Positions 42,194-42,615 of a DNA stretch of 42,615 nucleotides are shown one piece after another. Below the pieces are notes generated by a model, which was not told the origin of the DNA, searched no databases, and saw nothing but the letters and a program-made list of their open reading frames with translations. Location: the IMG/VR virus record IMGVR_UViG_3300029142_000008, positions 1 to 42,615 of that record; one strand, 5' to 3'. This DNA comes from a virus (taxonomy: Duplodnaviria > Caudoviricetes). The translations under genes and the position numbers were made by a program. How positions within the stretch are numbered: the stretch's first letter is position 1; each line of letters begins with the position of its first letter.

Positions 42194-42502
42194 TTAAGAG
42201 CTTTTAGGTTGATATTTCTTGCCGAATGTCTTTGAGTCAAAAGTTCTATCATGAACTAATTTTGCAACAACATCTACATAAACAGCGACTGCCTCCAAAC
42301 TGCTATTGGCATAAAAGGGCTTACCTTCGCCGTTAACTAACACATAGTCAGCAGCCCCACCGTCCTTTCTGCGGAATACCCTACATTTGAGATGCTTGAG
42401 TGGATGTATAGGGTTTCCCATTGCCCATTCTTCTATACTCTTGGTTGCGTCGTTAATGACAACCTGCATGACATCAGTTTCCTGGACGACTTCTTCACTC
42501 AT
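42194..42502 (-). CDS. hypothetical protein
   Basis: 102-aa ORF with ATGA overlap to a truncated upstream ORF. Confidence 0.65.
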   Translation of the reverse strand: MSEEVVQETDVMQVVINDATKSIEEWAMGNPIHPLKHLKCRVFRRKDGGAADYVLVNGEGKPFYANSSLEAVAVYVDVVAKLVHDRTFDSKTFGKKYQPKSS

Positions 42503-42615
42503 TTCACATCAGTTAAAGGCCAAAGATCATTCTCCAGCAAATATTCAGCTAGGGCGGAGAATGCAGCAAGAGCTGTTTTGCCTGACGCTGAAAGATCGCA
42601 TCTTTTGAGCTGCCT

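Noticed and set aside
1-42615. The many plus-strand ORFs and nested minus-strand ORFs in the track
   Set aside because: Almost all overlap longer, motif-bearing minus-strand genes and have no recognisable motifs; treated as shadow ORFs
1-42615. Window as a complete circular genome
   Set aside because: Only a 5-nt match (tgcct) at the ends, and joining them does not put the ORF running off position 1 in frame with the ORF ending at 42499; sequence is probably missing
1-42615. Stop-codon reassignment (code 15 or 25)
   Set aside because: Long genes are intact in code 11, and TGA, TAG and TAA all end genes at natural junctions such as ATGA overlaps
1-42615. CRISPR array, diversity-generating retroelement, retron or integrase
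   Set aside because: No regularly spaced repeats, no reverse transcriptase motif, no template/variable repeat pair and no recombinase motif seen by eye

Overview
This window is most of the genome of a tailed dsDNA phage with a podovirus-type virion module. Essentially every credible gene is on the minus strand. In transcription order (high to low coordinates) it holds: a block of small hypothetical ORFs (42.6-37.1 kb); terminase large subunit, portal, scaffold, cement and major capsid genes; accessory virion proteins, adaptor, nozzle and fibre; three large ejection-type proteins (one ending in a CHAP domain, one carrying an HNH motif); a C39-peptidase/SLH lysin and a holin candidate ending at a terminator (~12.45 kb). 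A 1.1-kb non-coding region follows (11.4-12.5 kb) with three DnaA-box matches and several structured-RNA candidates, including two tRNA-shaped molecules that are not normal tRNAs. Next comes an early operon (HTH regulator, RecT, a PD-(D/E)XK nuclease-FtsK fusion, YopX, HNH), then GroES-GroEL, a cold-shock protein, a displaced small terminase, a DUF2829 (Tad2-like) protein, a second ~500-nt structured non-coding region (1.68-2.18 kb) and denV. No polymerase, helicase, primase, integrase or reverse transcriptase is visible, and both window ends cut ORFs. Genes generally lack Shine-Dalgarno sites and many carry TAACC 7-9 nt before the ATG, which suggests a non-SD host such as Patescibacteria/CPR (inference). 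The strongest candidates for an undescribed system are the phage-encoded tRNA-mimic/T-loop non-coding RNAs and the RecT plus nuclease-FtsK module. All protein calls come from motif recognition by eye and all RNA folds are manual pairings; no search or folding program was run.
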